A stretch of 64,000 bases of DNA from Octopus sinensis (lineage: Eukaryota), in assembly GCF_006345805.1 (NCBI RefSeq), contig NC_043003.1, forward strand, positions 5,394,001-5,458,000, written 5' to 3'. Below the pieces are notes generated by a model, which did not search any database, was not told the DNA's origin, and saw nothing but the letters and a program-made list of their open reading frames with translations. Of the stretch, positions 25,794 through 38,253 are shown piece after piece. Position 1 is the first letter of the stretch, and the number at the start of each line of letters is the position of its first letter. The position numbers and the translations under genes were made by a program.

Positions 25794-26740
25794 CACTTAA
25801 ATATACAAATATGCACACATTCTTCGCCCTCAAACATACATATACACAAACATATATGCCTATATAACCAGACGTGAACATACATACAGTGCAGCTCACA
25901 CATATATAGATACATAATGTATACACATATATACAAAATATACACATACATATATACGGAGAGAGAGCTAGACCTAACAATATGTGCACATATACACAAA
26001 TTCATTTTGCTCTGCATGCACCGCCATATACATATTTACACACACATTCCCACAATCATTAATGAACATAAACAAACCTACACACTCCTACACATACTCA
26101 CTTGCATAAAAAACACCGATACATACATACATACGTCATATAAATATACAAACGTAATACACATATACACACATATATATATATATATATATATATGTAT
26201 ACATGTGCGTATGCTTACATGCATGCATGTGTATGCGTTTGTATTTATGCATGTGCGCCCGTGTATGTGTATGTATGTGTGTGTGTGGATGAAGATTATT
26301 TTCAAGTGAAGATTATTATTAATTTCCAGAGAGAAAAAAAGTTAATATTAACATCGGATTAACTTAACTCGTAAATCACACAAACTGTTTCCTTCTATTT
26401 CTTCCGATTAAATGAGTCATGCATCCATATATATGTATATACATGTGTATATATATATATATGTATGTATACACATGCATACTCACACGCACATGCACAC
26501 ACACGCGCTTATATATACGCATGTACATGCAGATGCATTAATACATACACAAACGGTAAATATATATATGTGCATACATGCATGGACATTAACACATTAT
26601 TACATACATACTCTTCCATACATGCACACACAAGTGTGTATGTACTTATATATACACAGACCTCACATACACCCAACTGCACACATACATATGCTCTCAT
26701 GATGTGTGTATGACTGTCTGTGTGTCTATATAGATACATG
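25300..26740. repeat. Degenerate TA/CA/TACA low-complexity field
   Basis: Alternating purine-pyrimidine low-complexity sequence over about 1.4 kb. Confidence 0.85.
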
Positions 26741-27244
26741 ATGTATATCGAGAAATGGGGAGAATGGCAAAGAATAGATCATTTATAAAACCTAAACTCC
26801 AAAGCTGCCGTAGCGTAAATATATTTTTTAAATGAAATGTTGTGCGAGGAGTCCATAAAGAGGTCCGTTACTCCATAAAACTGTACGAAGGATCTATGGC
26901 TTTATGCAACTGATTACATATAAAACAATAATAGAAGTGAATATGAAACATTCAAACAGTGATTCTCTTGTTGCTGTTAATTATAATAAAAACACAATTT
27001 AATATATACTGGAGTGCCATGTTGAGCAGCGTCTAACAAATCCTAGTCCTTCATACATAGCTGTCGATTATATATATATATATATACAAATACACATTGT
27101 GCATGTACTCTACGAATTCACATCACATAACTCTTGCTCTTCTTATATAGAATGCATCCCGTATGTATGTGTGTGTGTGCCTTTTATCTTATCTCTTTTA
27201 CTGGTTTCAGCCAAAAGACCAAGGCCAACATGGAGAACTGCCCA

Positions 27245-28000
27245 TCATTTCCGTTCTGCACTGTTTCTGGTGAAGTAGCGAACTAGACGGAGCCGCTCTC
27301 CTTTTTGCCTCCTACCACGATATGGATCTGTCTGGTATCTCACAAAAAAATTTGTTCAGATGCTCTTTGACGACCTCCACATCTACACCTTGTAACTCCG
27401 ATGTTGATTGGCAGGATGGTGAATAATATTAGGGCCCCGAAACTCAAGATGATACAGTATTCTGTCCTTATTCGAGAGAGAGAAGACGGGAACTTTAGTA
27501 TTATGCAGTGCCGTCAAGTTCAGTGGTTGATATAACTTTCAATGCCAAAGTTGGGACCAGACCTCCAAAGATCTTCCATATGTATATCACTGAATGCCTT
27601 TCTCGCATAGCCTCTCCCTGTAGCTCATCTATTTCACTGAGTCAATCTTATTTGAGCATTGGCGCTGGATTGCCTCAAGTTCCGCTACCAGTTTGACTAT
27701 CTGCAGTGACCACAGTTGGAAGCAGTAATTCACACGACTGTGGACAAATGTCATCCATAGGAACAGCATGGTGTCCTTTTTCTGGTTCTCACTTATCTCA
27801 GAAACCAACCATTCACCTACGCAACGTTGCTTTCTTGGTAATATGGACATGGAATTTTGCATCATTACTAGTGTGGATTCCCAGATTACACTTGGACTCT
27901 GGGATTGCACTACCTTCTGGCCCTATATATTCCGATTGTAGTAAGGAGGCAGACAGTGGAGCGCTTGAAACCTTTTAACATTGAATTGCATATAATTTCC
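27245..28000 (-). mobile_element. CR1-like LINE, end of RT to 3' end, degenerate
   Basis: Minus strand gives NYMQFNVKRFQAL, ERHSVIYIWKIFGGLVPNFGIES, GRHCII and EIPD segments. Confidence 0.8.
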
Positions 28001-28399
28001 ATCAGACCATTGATAGAGAGACCGACAGGTAAGTATATGTCACCATATCAGAAGTGTAAAATACATACAATTAATAGACTTGTATGTATTTTTGAGTCAG
28101 TGTGTTGTTACTTGATATGGAACTCAGTAGTTGTTGTACATTGGAGAGATATAACTATTATATCCAAGATTCACATTCTCGTCCATTTGCTGTATTCATT
28201 CTTTATATTTTATTTTCTGATACAAAATTTATAAAAGCATTTTCAGAACCATATCCTTCAATTACTTCCTTAAACTTATCGATCCTACATTCCCACTCAA
28301 TGCAGCAAAATTTGCCATTGATCGTCAGGTGAAATTTGAATAATTTGTCAATTTTAATCTTATTCAACAGTATCCCAGAGCAAAAAGGCCCCATACACT

Positions 28400-28925
28400 T
28401 TAAATGGTGGCCTCCGAAAGCAAATGCGTATTTCGCCTGGGCAACATTAAAAAGATTTTTTTATCAGACTCAATATTTTGCCACAGGGAAAGGAATCGAA
28501 TTATCATGACTTAGTTGAGGGAGCCCTTGTCATGGGAATGCAAGAGGCATCATTCCCCATTAGAGTCGGCTGCCGTTGCTCTCCATCTCGATCGGTACGC
28601 TATTTTCTACAAATGTTAGGTCTGGAATCCAGACAACTGAAGAAAGCCATCAAGGAAATAGGCAGGACATCTGAAGTTAGCTGGAGCTGGCTCTGGTTGA
28701 TAAGAGGCCGCAAGTGGAAACCTTCCGTAGGTGAACGCTATTTCAGTCCTCTCTCAACCACCCAGGGCTGAAATTCTTGTGACCTTGATATGCCTTCTGT
28801 TGATACAGAAGTGTTTCAGAAAACCTTGAAAAACCCTTGAGTATCTTCTGCAGTTCGTGCCTGGGGCGAAGCACCTCTGATGTTTATTTCACTCACTTAT
28901 TTCACCTCACCTGGACTAAAAAAAC
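28400..28925 (+). mobile_element. HERO-like (RLE-type) non-LTR retrotransposon 3' end
   Basis: YHDLVE...FPIRVGCR...SVRYFLQMLG...KKAIKEIGRTSEVSWSWLWLIR..KW matches the C-terminal pattern KY.DLVEEC..GW.A..FPVEVGCRGF...S...LG...AI..L...AE.AS.WLW..R; 3' UTR ends in an A-rich tail near 28920. Confidence 0.7.
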
Positions 28926-28989
28926 ACAAAATGTAAAAACATCTGATTTTTTTTTTTTTTGTTTCATTATTTGTAAATTTCTACATATG

Positions 28990-29340
28990 TAATATTGTTG
29001 TTATGGGAAGAAACAAAAGACGTTGGAGACATTTCCCAATCGCCAAATCCTTCATAACGTATGAATGTTTTTTCTTTGAATGGGTTACGGAAGTTTGGAC
29101 ACATAAGAAGAGCATCAGTAGAACATCATTGGCTGCCAATCTCGAAATATATTCTCTTGTCCAAATATTTATCATTAGCTCTGCACCAGAATATTTGAAG
29201 GGCTTACTAAGTTTCCAGCGTTACTTATATCGCATAATCTTAAGTTTAATTAAGCGAATGCTTTTTTCCATTCCCATCACAAACCAACTGGTTAGGGTTG
29301 GGGTATATCTCACCACCTTCTTAGAAAATGTCGACTAATG
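28990..29340 (-). pseudogene. Possible hAT transposase N-terminal (TTF-type zinc finger) remnant
   Basis: Minus strand ...STDALLMCPNFRNPFKEKTFIRYEGFGDWEMSPTSFVSSHNN loosely resembles DA.FC..C.LF....E..FI..GF.NWK.A...F.SH; contains stops. Confidence 0.35.
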
Positions 29341-29699
29341 ATATAAGAAAGCTATCTGATTGTTGGAAGTTTTCATATTAAATTAAAAGCTCACATTTCC
29401 AAATATAACTTGTTTTAAAATTATTCCGTTCACTTTTGTCGTTACATTCTCTTCTGTAGTGATATTGATGTTTCATGGTTACAATTTTGTTGTAGTGTTT
29501 ATAAAAGTGTGTTACAAATGAACAACAACCACAGCAGTAGTCCATAGGATGTCTTTACTTATGTCTTTATATATATATGTATGTATGTAGTATAGTATGT
29601 AAAATACCTGTCGGGTATTTAACCAATACCTCTCTGTGATACGATGTTTGTAAAGAATTCCTTTCTAGCAGATACGCGTGGAAATGAAGAGAGGAATGA

Positions 29700-30020
29700 T
29701 CTGCGCGTACGACTCCGAAAGGATGAAAGGCAAAGTCGACCTCGGCCGAATTTGAACTCAGGACGTAGCGGCTGACGAAATACCTATTTCTTTACTACCC
29801 ACAAGGGGATAAAAACGCAGACAGGACAAACTAGGACAGACAAACGGATTAAGCCGGTTATATCGACCCCAGTGCGTAACTGGTACTTATTTAACCGACC
29901 CCGAAAGGATGAAGGGCAAAGTCGACCTCGGCGGAATTCGAACTCAGAACGTAGCGGCAGACGAAATATCGCTAAGCATTTCGCCCGGCGCGCTAACGTT
30001 TCTGCCAGCTCGCCGCCTTA
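29700..30020 (-). mobile_element. Family A SINE dimer (full copy plus head-truncated partial)
   Basis: Junction GACGAAATACC|TATTTCTTT at about 29775-29795. Confidence 0.9.
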
Positions 30021-30639
30021 GAATAATATATTTCACACAGCTCAATAATGAATATGTCCATCGATCACTCGTTAATGAACTGTAATTACACACATACTTC
30101 AAAGACTACACCACATACACTTACACAAACACTCATGCACATAACCACTCACGCACATAGAAAGCCCTACACATACACATAGGTACAAACACTTAGTCAA
30201 TATTTACCTGCCTGTATATGTGATGGAATTGCATTCCGTTCACTGGATTTTTGTCTCTTTGTATTTTATATTTTAGTAATAATAATAATCCTATTAAAAC
30301 GGTTTCAGGCAGCCATTATGACAATACAAATGATGAGAATGCTGTAAACTGCACTCATTTTCAATATGAGACAAGTTACGAGCGATGTGTGTGAGCTGCC
30401 ATTTTTCTTTGGTCGCTCCAATCAACAATAGACTGAACATTTACCTATTTCTTGTGTTTTCTCAAAGCATGGACATGTTCAATAGAGTTTAGCCTATAGC
30501 TTAAAGGAAATATTTGCACAACGTTGTGTTGCGTCAAGCGCAGGAATTGTTAATCTTTGGTGCGAAAGCATCGAATCAATAAACGAAACGGTGTCTGTGG
30601 ATTATGAAAGAAACACACACACACACACCAGTGCTCAGT

Positions 30640-30666
30640 GAAAAGCGTATATACGTGTGTGTACGC

Positions 30667-30697
<31 letters not shown>

Positions 30698-31142
30698 CGT
30701 AATATGTATACATACACACACACACACACATATATATATATACACACATATATATACACACACGCATACATATATATATACATACACGCACACATATATA
30801 TACACACACATATATATACACACACATATATATACACACATATATACACACACACACATATATACACACACACATATATATATACATACACACACACACA
30901 TATATATACACACACACACATATATATATACACACACACACACATATATATATATATACACACACACATATATATATATATACACACACACACATATATA
31001 TATATACACACACACATATATATATATACACACACACATATATACACACACACACATATATATACACACATATATATATATATAAACATAGATATACACA
31101 GGAAAATACAGAGAATTGGGGAGACAGACAGACATACAGACA

Positions 31143-31188
<46 letters not shown>

Positions 31189-31190
31189 GG
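30640..31190. repeat. (TA)n/(CA)n compound microsatellite
   Basis: Direct inspection. Confidence 0.97.
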
Positions 31191-31684
31191 AGACAGGCAT
31201 GTATACCTGAAAGATAAGATGGTTTTTGAAGAAGAGGAAAGTAACTAATGAATGATAATAACATTGGAAAAAATGATGATTATGATGATTAAAGAAGAGT
31301 AATTAGACTAATAATAATAATAACGCCATTAATTTGCATCATAATAAGAATGATGCTAGTGGTATTAAAGCAAAGCGAGAAGCAATGTTAATGGTGTTGG
31401 CGATAATGATAAAAGAGTGAATGAGTAAATAGATAGAAAATCTTGTATTAACAGGTGGAAGAGGAAAATAACGGCATGGGTTAACTTTCTGCCTGACTAA
31501 ATAGCATTAAATACAGAAGAGAAGCAATGAGATTCTTGGAATCGATACTCTTCACAATATAGAGGAGTTTTCATCGACTGACAGCTCCTCTTATTGACGG
31601 AACTAAACCGGAAGTTGGTTAGCGATCTGGTAGAAGTTGGTTAGCGATCTGGTAGTCTATGTAACGATACATACATACATACAT

Positions 31685-31727
<43 letters not shown>

Positions 31728-31729
<2 letters not shown>

Positions 31730-31861
31730 CTACCCACTTCTGCCCCACCTGTGGGAGGGGCTTTCTTGCCAGGATAGGCCTCATCAGCCACCTCCGGTCT
31801 CATAGCAGCAATTCCACCAAATGATGTCAATGGTCATCTTCGAACCCGAAGGACGAACATT
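31728..31861 (+). mobile_element. RTE-BovB-like 3' end inserted in (TA)n
   Basis: THFCPTCGRGFLARIGLISHLRSH C2H2-like terminus, stop at 31822-31824, then the short 3' UTR ATGGTCATCTTCGAACCCGAAGGACGAACA. Confidence 0.85.
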
Positions 31862-32015
31862 TTATATATATATATATATATATAAGTTCAGCAAAATTCA
31901 GATTCAGATGACTATGGTACTTAGGTTAAGGCACCAGAATTTTGTATGGTATTATCCATATAAATCAAACGGGGTGATTATAATCAAAATAAGCAACAAA
32001 GATATCCAAAGATAG

Positions 32016-32100
32016 TGTAGTACAATTGTTTATTGCTACTTCAATTTTATTAAACACTGTATTACATCAGTTTTAAAAGGTCGAGCAATCTTCAGCCACA
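32016..32100 (-). ncRNA. Type I hammerhead, G12 altered
   Basis: Minus strand TGTGG-CTGAAGA-TTGC...GCAA-TAAAC-AATT-GTA-CTACA. Confidence 0.6.
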
Positions 32101-32231
32101 TATAGAATTTTTTAATTAAACGGACAATGCACATTCTTATACTTATTTCATTTGCCAACATTACAAAGAGGGTAGATATATAGACATAAGTATAAGAATG
32201 TGCATTGTCCGTTTAATTAAAGAAGTCCATA

Positions 32232-32319
32232 TGTGGCTGAAGATTGCTTGACATTTTAAACCTGATGTAATACTTACAGTGTTTAATGAAATGAAGTAGC
32301 ATGAAACAATTGTACTACA
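32232..32319 (+). ncRNA. Type I hammerhead ribozyme with long stem II insertion, core intact
   Basis: Stem I TGTGG/CTACA, CTGAAGA 32237-32243, TTGC...GCAT, GAAAC 32303-32307, palindromic ACAATTGT, GUA triplet at 32312-32314. Confidence 0.75.
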
Positions 32320-32814
32320 CTACCTTGGATATTCTTGTTGCTTATTTTCATATATACATATATATATATATACTGATTTCACCGGCTTTGGTATTAGTTC
32401 TTCGTTCTTGTATCTAGAAAGTGTTCCTATATATTTTAGCTTAGTTCAATAGTCTTCATACTCGATCATAATGGAGATTAGGCACCAGATTTTAAAATAG
32501 TTTTATTTTGCGATTCACTTCTTTACGAAACAGGTATCCGCTCAGCAAACGCTGAAGCACAATGAAACGGTGTTTTGCTAGTTGGAAACCTAGGAAAATC
32601 ATGCCGACACCGATTCCTTTAGAAAATAGATAAAATTAACCTGAAAGCTCTGGATTTCCATTGCACAGATTTGGCTTTTGCCACACATTCTTATTAGTTC
32701 AAATATGATACCAATCCTATACCGTATCTAATTAAATCAACTACATTTACCCGAAAAAAGTTGTGATGAGGCACTGTTAAACATGAATGATATTTCTGTT
32801 ATATTTGGACATTT

Positions 32815-33075
32815 AATTAAGAACAGGCGAAGATTTAATTAGCAATAGGCGAGGACTTAATTAGTTGTAGATCTGTCTTAATTAGCAATAGGCGGAGCTG
32901 TAATAAACAAATGAGAGCTTACTTTATTATAGGCAGGAATTTAATTAGTAATAGGTGGTAATTTAATTCGAAATAGTTGGGGAATTAACTAGCAAAAGCT
33001 AAAGGATTGATAATAGGAGAGCTTTAATTATCAGGTCTGGTTTTAATTTGCAATAGGCCGAGTTTCCTTAGTAAT
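32815..33075. repeat. Degenerate ~22-bp minisatellite TTAATTAGCAATAGGCG(A/G)
   Basis: About 10 diverged units visible. Confidence 0.7.
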
Positions 33076-34130
33076 GGATGTGGATCACAAACCTAAATAC
33101 TTCAACACTGGTCTTGTTTCCTTTCTTAAAAGTCAACATCTGTGATTATATGCCGTAGGGCAGCCGGATGTATCGAGCAACCCGATTTCTTTCAAAGTAT
33201 CTCTTATTGCTTAAGTCTCCTAGATAGACTATGCCTGAATCAAATAAAAGGACAAACCTGATGGAATAAACCTATAATCAAAGGTTCAACAGCATCTGAT
33301 CCTAGTTGTCCATCATCTGGTTTGTTGCAGGGTTAAACAATGAAAATTAATTTGTTCTATTGGCAAAAGGGCTAACATTTTTGGTGTGAGGGTGCGTCGA
33401 TATTAATGATTCCGGCGTACAGTGTTACCTATTTTATCGGCCCCACAAGATGAAAGACAAAGTCGAACACTAACAATAATGATAACAATTTATGTTACTA
33501 TATGAAGATAGACGCGTAGCCACTTCGCAATCATGAAGACCATGTTTCTATCAATCTGCGTGGTGGCTTGAGTTGATGCGTTTTACCTGAGATAGAACAG
33601 CCTTGACATTCCCGGAAACTGTACCGAATCCCGTCAGATGGATTCATTCACAGGGCCGTCGTTGCCACGCAATAAATCATAGAAGTGGCTACACGAAAGC
33701 TACATAACGACATACATGTTACTGTTTTAATCCTTTACAATGTACGTCTTTTTTCGGATATATGAACTACTGACCTATATGTGTGTGTTTGTGTCCAAAG
33801 AAAAAATATAAAATAGTGCAATACAGTAGTATTGCTTCCCAGTAATGCAAAGCACTATCAGGTTAAAGTATAAATATAGAATAATGGTACAACAACGCAC
33901 CTATATTTACTGGAAATAGCAATCGATAATATACGACGCTATAGTAAAGCTTCACTATATGTGTGTGTATGTATATATATATATATATATATGTGCAGAG
34001 TGGCAAACAAAAATGTCCACATTACCTGTAGAGAGAATATTTCAAGGACCTAGGTTTCGAACTTGCCATATTATGTTTGTTAGTGTCGTATATTTCCAGT
34101 ATATATTGGTTCTTTGTTTTACCACTATTC

Positions 34131-34161
<31 letters not shown>

Positions 34162-34260
34162 CTCGTATTATATAGATATTACATATATGTATAAAAAATG
34201 TATCTTTCAGTGTCTGTCTGCCTAATCCCCTCGCATAGCTTTGGTAGGCCCAAGGTTATA

Positions 34261-34536
34261 GAAGACACTGGCCAATGTTGCCACACACTGGGACTGAACA
34301 CGGAACCATGTGGTTGGGAAACTTGTTGATGGTAAAATTCCAGCGACGTGAACTTTGTATATGCCATCATGGCGGAGATAATGAACGCAGTAACAATTGA
34401 AGACACTGGCCAATGTTGCCACACACTGGGACTGAACTCGGAACCATGTGGTTGGGAAACTTGTTGGTGGTAAAATTCCAGCGACGTGAACTTTGTATAT
34501 GCCATCATGGCGGAGATAATGAACGCAGTAACAATT
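34261..34536. repeat. 138-bp tandem duplication containing a family B SINE fragment
   Basis: Units 34261-34398 and 34399-34536 differ at 2 positions. Confidence 0.95.
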
Positions 34537-35384
34537 GCTGATACCCCACCCCTTTTCTTCTACTCCCTCCTCCACCTATTTACGGCATTTGGCCTATCTT
34601 TGACTTCATTAACATCTCATTTTATCCAATATTTTAGAATATGTCGCCGATATACTCCGTTCTGTATAGACCCGATTTCCTGTTGCAGATATAAATTTAT
34701 CATGATATAAATTATAACGAACCAGTTATAAAGTTATTATGTTGTTGAGTTTGTTATTTCTCCAGAATCATTAAATATCGCTGTGTGCCTCAATACATAT
34801 GCAATCTATGTGTGTGAGGTGTGTGTGCTTGAGTATGGATGTAGTTTGTATGTTAATTAATCTTACTTTTTATACCAATTATACGAAATATTTCGTTAAT
34901 GATACAATAAAATTGTAAGACAAATATCAATAAATATATGAAAATACATAAAATGGTTCTACAACTTTTTTGTTGTTTTTTTAACTGAAGATTTCTTCAA
35001 TTCTTCGAAGAACTCATAATAAAGTTATGTTATAAAGCGAGTGTATTTGGCAAGTCTCAAAGAAAGAAATCATTTTCTCATTTATCATAAACATTGCGAT
35101 AATTAAAATTAGTCTTTTCTCAAAACTGGAATATAAAACAAAAACAGTTGAAAATCGATTTGGAAATTCATTGTGTTTTAACATTGCTCGTTTCAATGCA
35201 ATAATCTGGTTTTTGTTCGCCGTATATTGTCCTTCTGTTTTAGATATATGGAATATGTCATACACACTTGCACAGAATCTATCTAGTTATCTAACTGTCT
35301 ATCTACCTGCATACGTGTGCACGTGTCTGTGTGCATGTGTTTGTGGGTTTATGCGTGTGAGTATAGGTGTGTGTGTATACACAT

Positions 35385-35449
<65 letters not shown>

Positions 35450-35494
35450 TCGTATATATATATATTTATATTCAGAGAGAGACAGACAGAGTGA

Positions 35495-35822
35495 AGGCGA
35501 ATAGCTCAGTAGTTAGAGCGTCGGGTTCACGATCATGAGGCAGTGTGTTCGAATTCTGGACCAGGCTATTTTATGTTCTTAAGCTAGACTATAACTCATT
35601 GTTCCAGTTTCATTCAGCTGTAGAAATAAGTTGCAATGTAATTGGTGCCAAGCTGTATCCGACTTTTCCTTTCCCCTGGCTAACATTAAGGGCGTGGGGA
35701 GGCTCGTATGCACGGGCCATTGCTGGTCTTCCATAAACAACCTTACCTGGATTTATACCTCAGAAGGGAACATTCTAGGTACAATCACAGGGTCATTCAT
35801 TACCTATGGTCGTCTTTACCCA
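35495..35822 (+). mobile_element. tRNA-derived SINE, family C
   Basis: TAGCTCAGTAGTTAGAGC A box, GTGTTCGAATTC B box; body homologous to 16158-16467. Confidence 0.8.
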
Positions 35823-35918
35823 CTGTGTGTGTGTGTGTCTCTATACAAACACACACAGACATATATATAGGGCAAAAAGAAAGCAACTAGTTTTAAATGT
35901 ATGTTGACAAACTTTATT

Positions 35919-35972
<54 letters not shown>

Positions 35973-36439
35973 ACGGTAGGACAGAAAGAATACGACAAAA
36001 AACAACATACAGGGAACTGTAGAAAGACAATATGATACACGGACCATTTCTAGCAGATTTCCTCAACAGAGTCCGGAAAGTCCTAGCATATATACACACA
36101 CACACACACATATATATATTGTTACGACCTGGTGGCCATAACCCTAATTTACAGAATCAACGATGATAGGGGGAACCCATAGCAACACATCATGAAATTT
36201 TCTGTCAACTATTATTAACAATTGTCAGCATCAAAATATAAAAAAAACATCCTACATACAAATACAAATTTATACACGAGAAAAAAAAACAATGCTATAC
36301 CAGACGTACAGTCAAAATATTTACGAAGGTAATATATGTATAGAGAGGCCAGAAATTCGAACTCAGAAACCCGGCTTCAACTTGATTTCACAAACTTGAA
36401 TCTTTGACTCTGGATTCACAAATTTTGGCTTCACCAAGA

Positions 36440-36550
36440 TTGGTCGATAAATTAAGTACCAGTTACGCACTGGGGTCGATGTAATCGACTTAATCCGTTT
36501 GTCTGTCCTTGTTTGTCCCCTCTGTGTTTAGCCTCTTGTGGGTAGTAAAG

Positions 36551-36555
<5 letters not shown>
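36440..36555 (+). mobile_element. Family A SINE 3' half ending in (TA)n
   Basis: GGTCGATAAATTAAGTACCAGTTACGCACTGGGG...GTAAAGAAATA followed by (TA)n. Confidence 0.9.
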
Positions 36556-36608
<53 letters not shown>

Positions 36609-37282
36609 TTACTTTATTAATTTTCATTTTATCAGACAATAACAACGAGTGTTGAATGTGGATAATGTTGATCTTCACTTTTGTATTTGGTTTGCAACAT
36701 TCGTGAATTGAAACAATCTTTACATGTCTTGGGAGGGTCGTTCCGCCAACAATAACTCACGTACTGTTCCAATATCACTTCTTTATGGCTTGTCAATTTG
36801 TTGAGTATCACACCAAAGAACAAAACGGTTGTTTGTTTAATGCGCTGGTTAAACACTCAATTGGTTGTTTTCGTGAAAATATTTTCGGCGCAATTGGCGA
36901 CTTCATTAATGACATGGCATTTCACTTCAAGATCAAAGCAGACGTAAGGAAGAGATTGTAGAGAGACGACATGCCATTGAAGAGGTCTTTGACAAATAAA
37001 CAGGAATCTGTACATTCAAGACCACGAACGTACGTGCGCCCATTGACTCGCACAAACGCACACATGTAGATGCGCTTCGTTTAATCTTCCCCTTCCCTTC
37101 TCTAGAAAGTGACCACGCAACTACATACACACAGACATATGACTAATTCTGAGACAGACCTTGATGTGAGAGGGCATGTTATTGATGGAGTTAAGGATAG
37201 CGGCGAAAGGGTTTTGGCAAACCAATAACCGATTGATTATTTAAACAACAAATTAAACAAACGTTCGATTAGTTAGTTGGTT

Positions 37283-37480
37283 AGATATTTTACCAATTGA
37301 CTTACAATAAAGAAGCAATATTGAACGAGAGCGTGTGTTTATTATTATTGGCGAAATGACCCTCCCAACAGACATCAAGATATTTTACCAATTGAGTAAC
37401 AATAAAGAAGTGATATTGAACCAGAGCGTGAGTTAATTATTTTTGGCATAATGACCCTTCAAACAGACAAGATATATTTT
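37283..37480. repeat. About 95-bp imperfect tandem repeat (2 copies plus a partial)
   Basis: AGATATTTTACCAATTGA starts at 37283 and 37378; AGATAT partial at 37470. Confidence 0.85.
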
Positions 37481-38218
37481 GCTGTTATGTGAAGTTATAT
37501 ATAGAAGAGTCCTCCAGAATTAAATGATTATTCAATACTTTTTAAGAGATTACACATTTATTAATTTTACAAAGAATTATTTGGCATTGACTTCGAAGTT
37601 TCGAAACGCTGATTGTCAGACAACTCTCTGGTGATAGCATGCAAGCCGAAAATTGATAGCCACTCTCAAACTTTTCCCTGTATACACACGCACTCCCGCA
37701 TGTGCACAAGCACACACATTCATACACACAAAACCAGAATGAATAAATTCTTGATTTATTGTGATTAGTTTTATTTCGGTAGAAAGTAAACAAACACCTA
37801 GGGAAATTTACAACTAACTCCCAATGATGCAATAAAAACACCAAGGTAGCAAGAATTCACCGGAATTAACTTGCCGTTCAATATAAGTTGGTATATTCTG
37901 CGGTAAGTGGAGAAGCGGTGACGACTGACAATTATGTAAATAATAATAATAATAATTATTATTATTATCATTATAAACTTAAAGCTTATAAAAGATTCCC
38001 GTGTATTGGCTACAGAAATATAATCTAATATTGGGGCATAATATCAAACGGAAAAAAGTAGGTTTAAGTTACTGTTATTATTTATAGTTTGAATCTATTT
38101 TGTAGCTGAGGAGATAAGCGAACACTTGTGAAACATGCTTATGCCTCCATGGGAGCTCTCAGCAGAGTGGCAGTGCTGCGGGAGCATGACCCCAGTTGTA
38201 TTCATATATCTGTGAGTA

Positions 38219-38253
<35 letters not shown>

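Larger units (their letters stand above)
31986..32348. mobile_element. Fold-back Penelope-like terminal fragment with two divergent hammerheads
   Basis: Arms of about 160 bp, loop 32147-32185; right end runs into (TA)n. Confidence 0.85.

Noticed and set aside
31770-31800. CTGATGAGGCC...GAAAG on the minus strand
   Set aside because: It is the antisense of the RTE coding terminus (RIGLISH) and lacks stems I and III.
33516-33692. 11-bp inverted repeat GTAGCCACTTC/GAAGTGGCTAC as possible MITE ends
   Set aside because: No convincing TSD and no second copy in the window.
36630-37130. Short minus-strand ORFs with Cys/Trp content
   Set aside because: No recognisable domain or splice structure.
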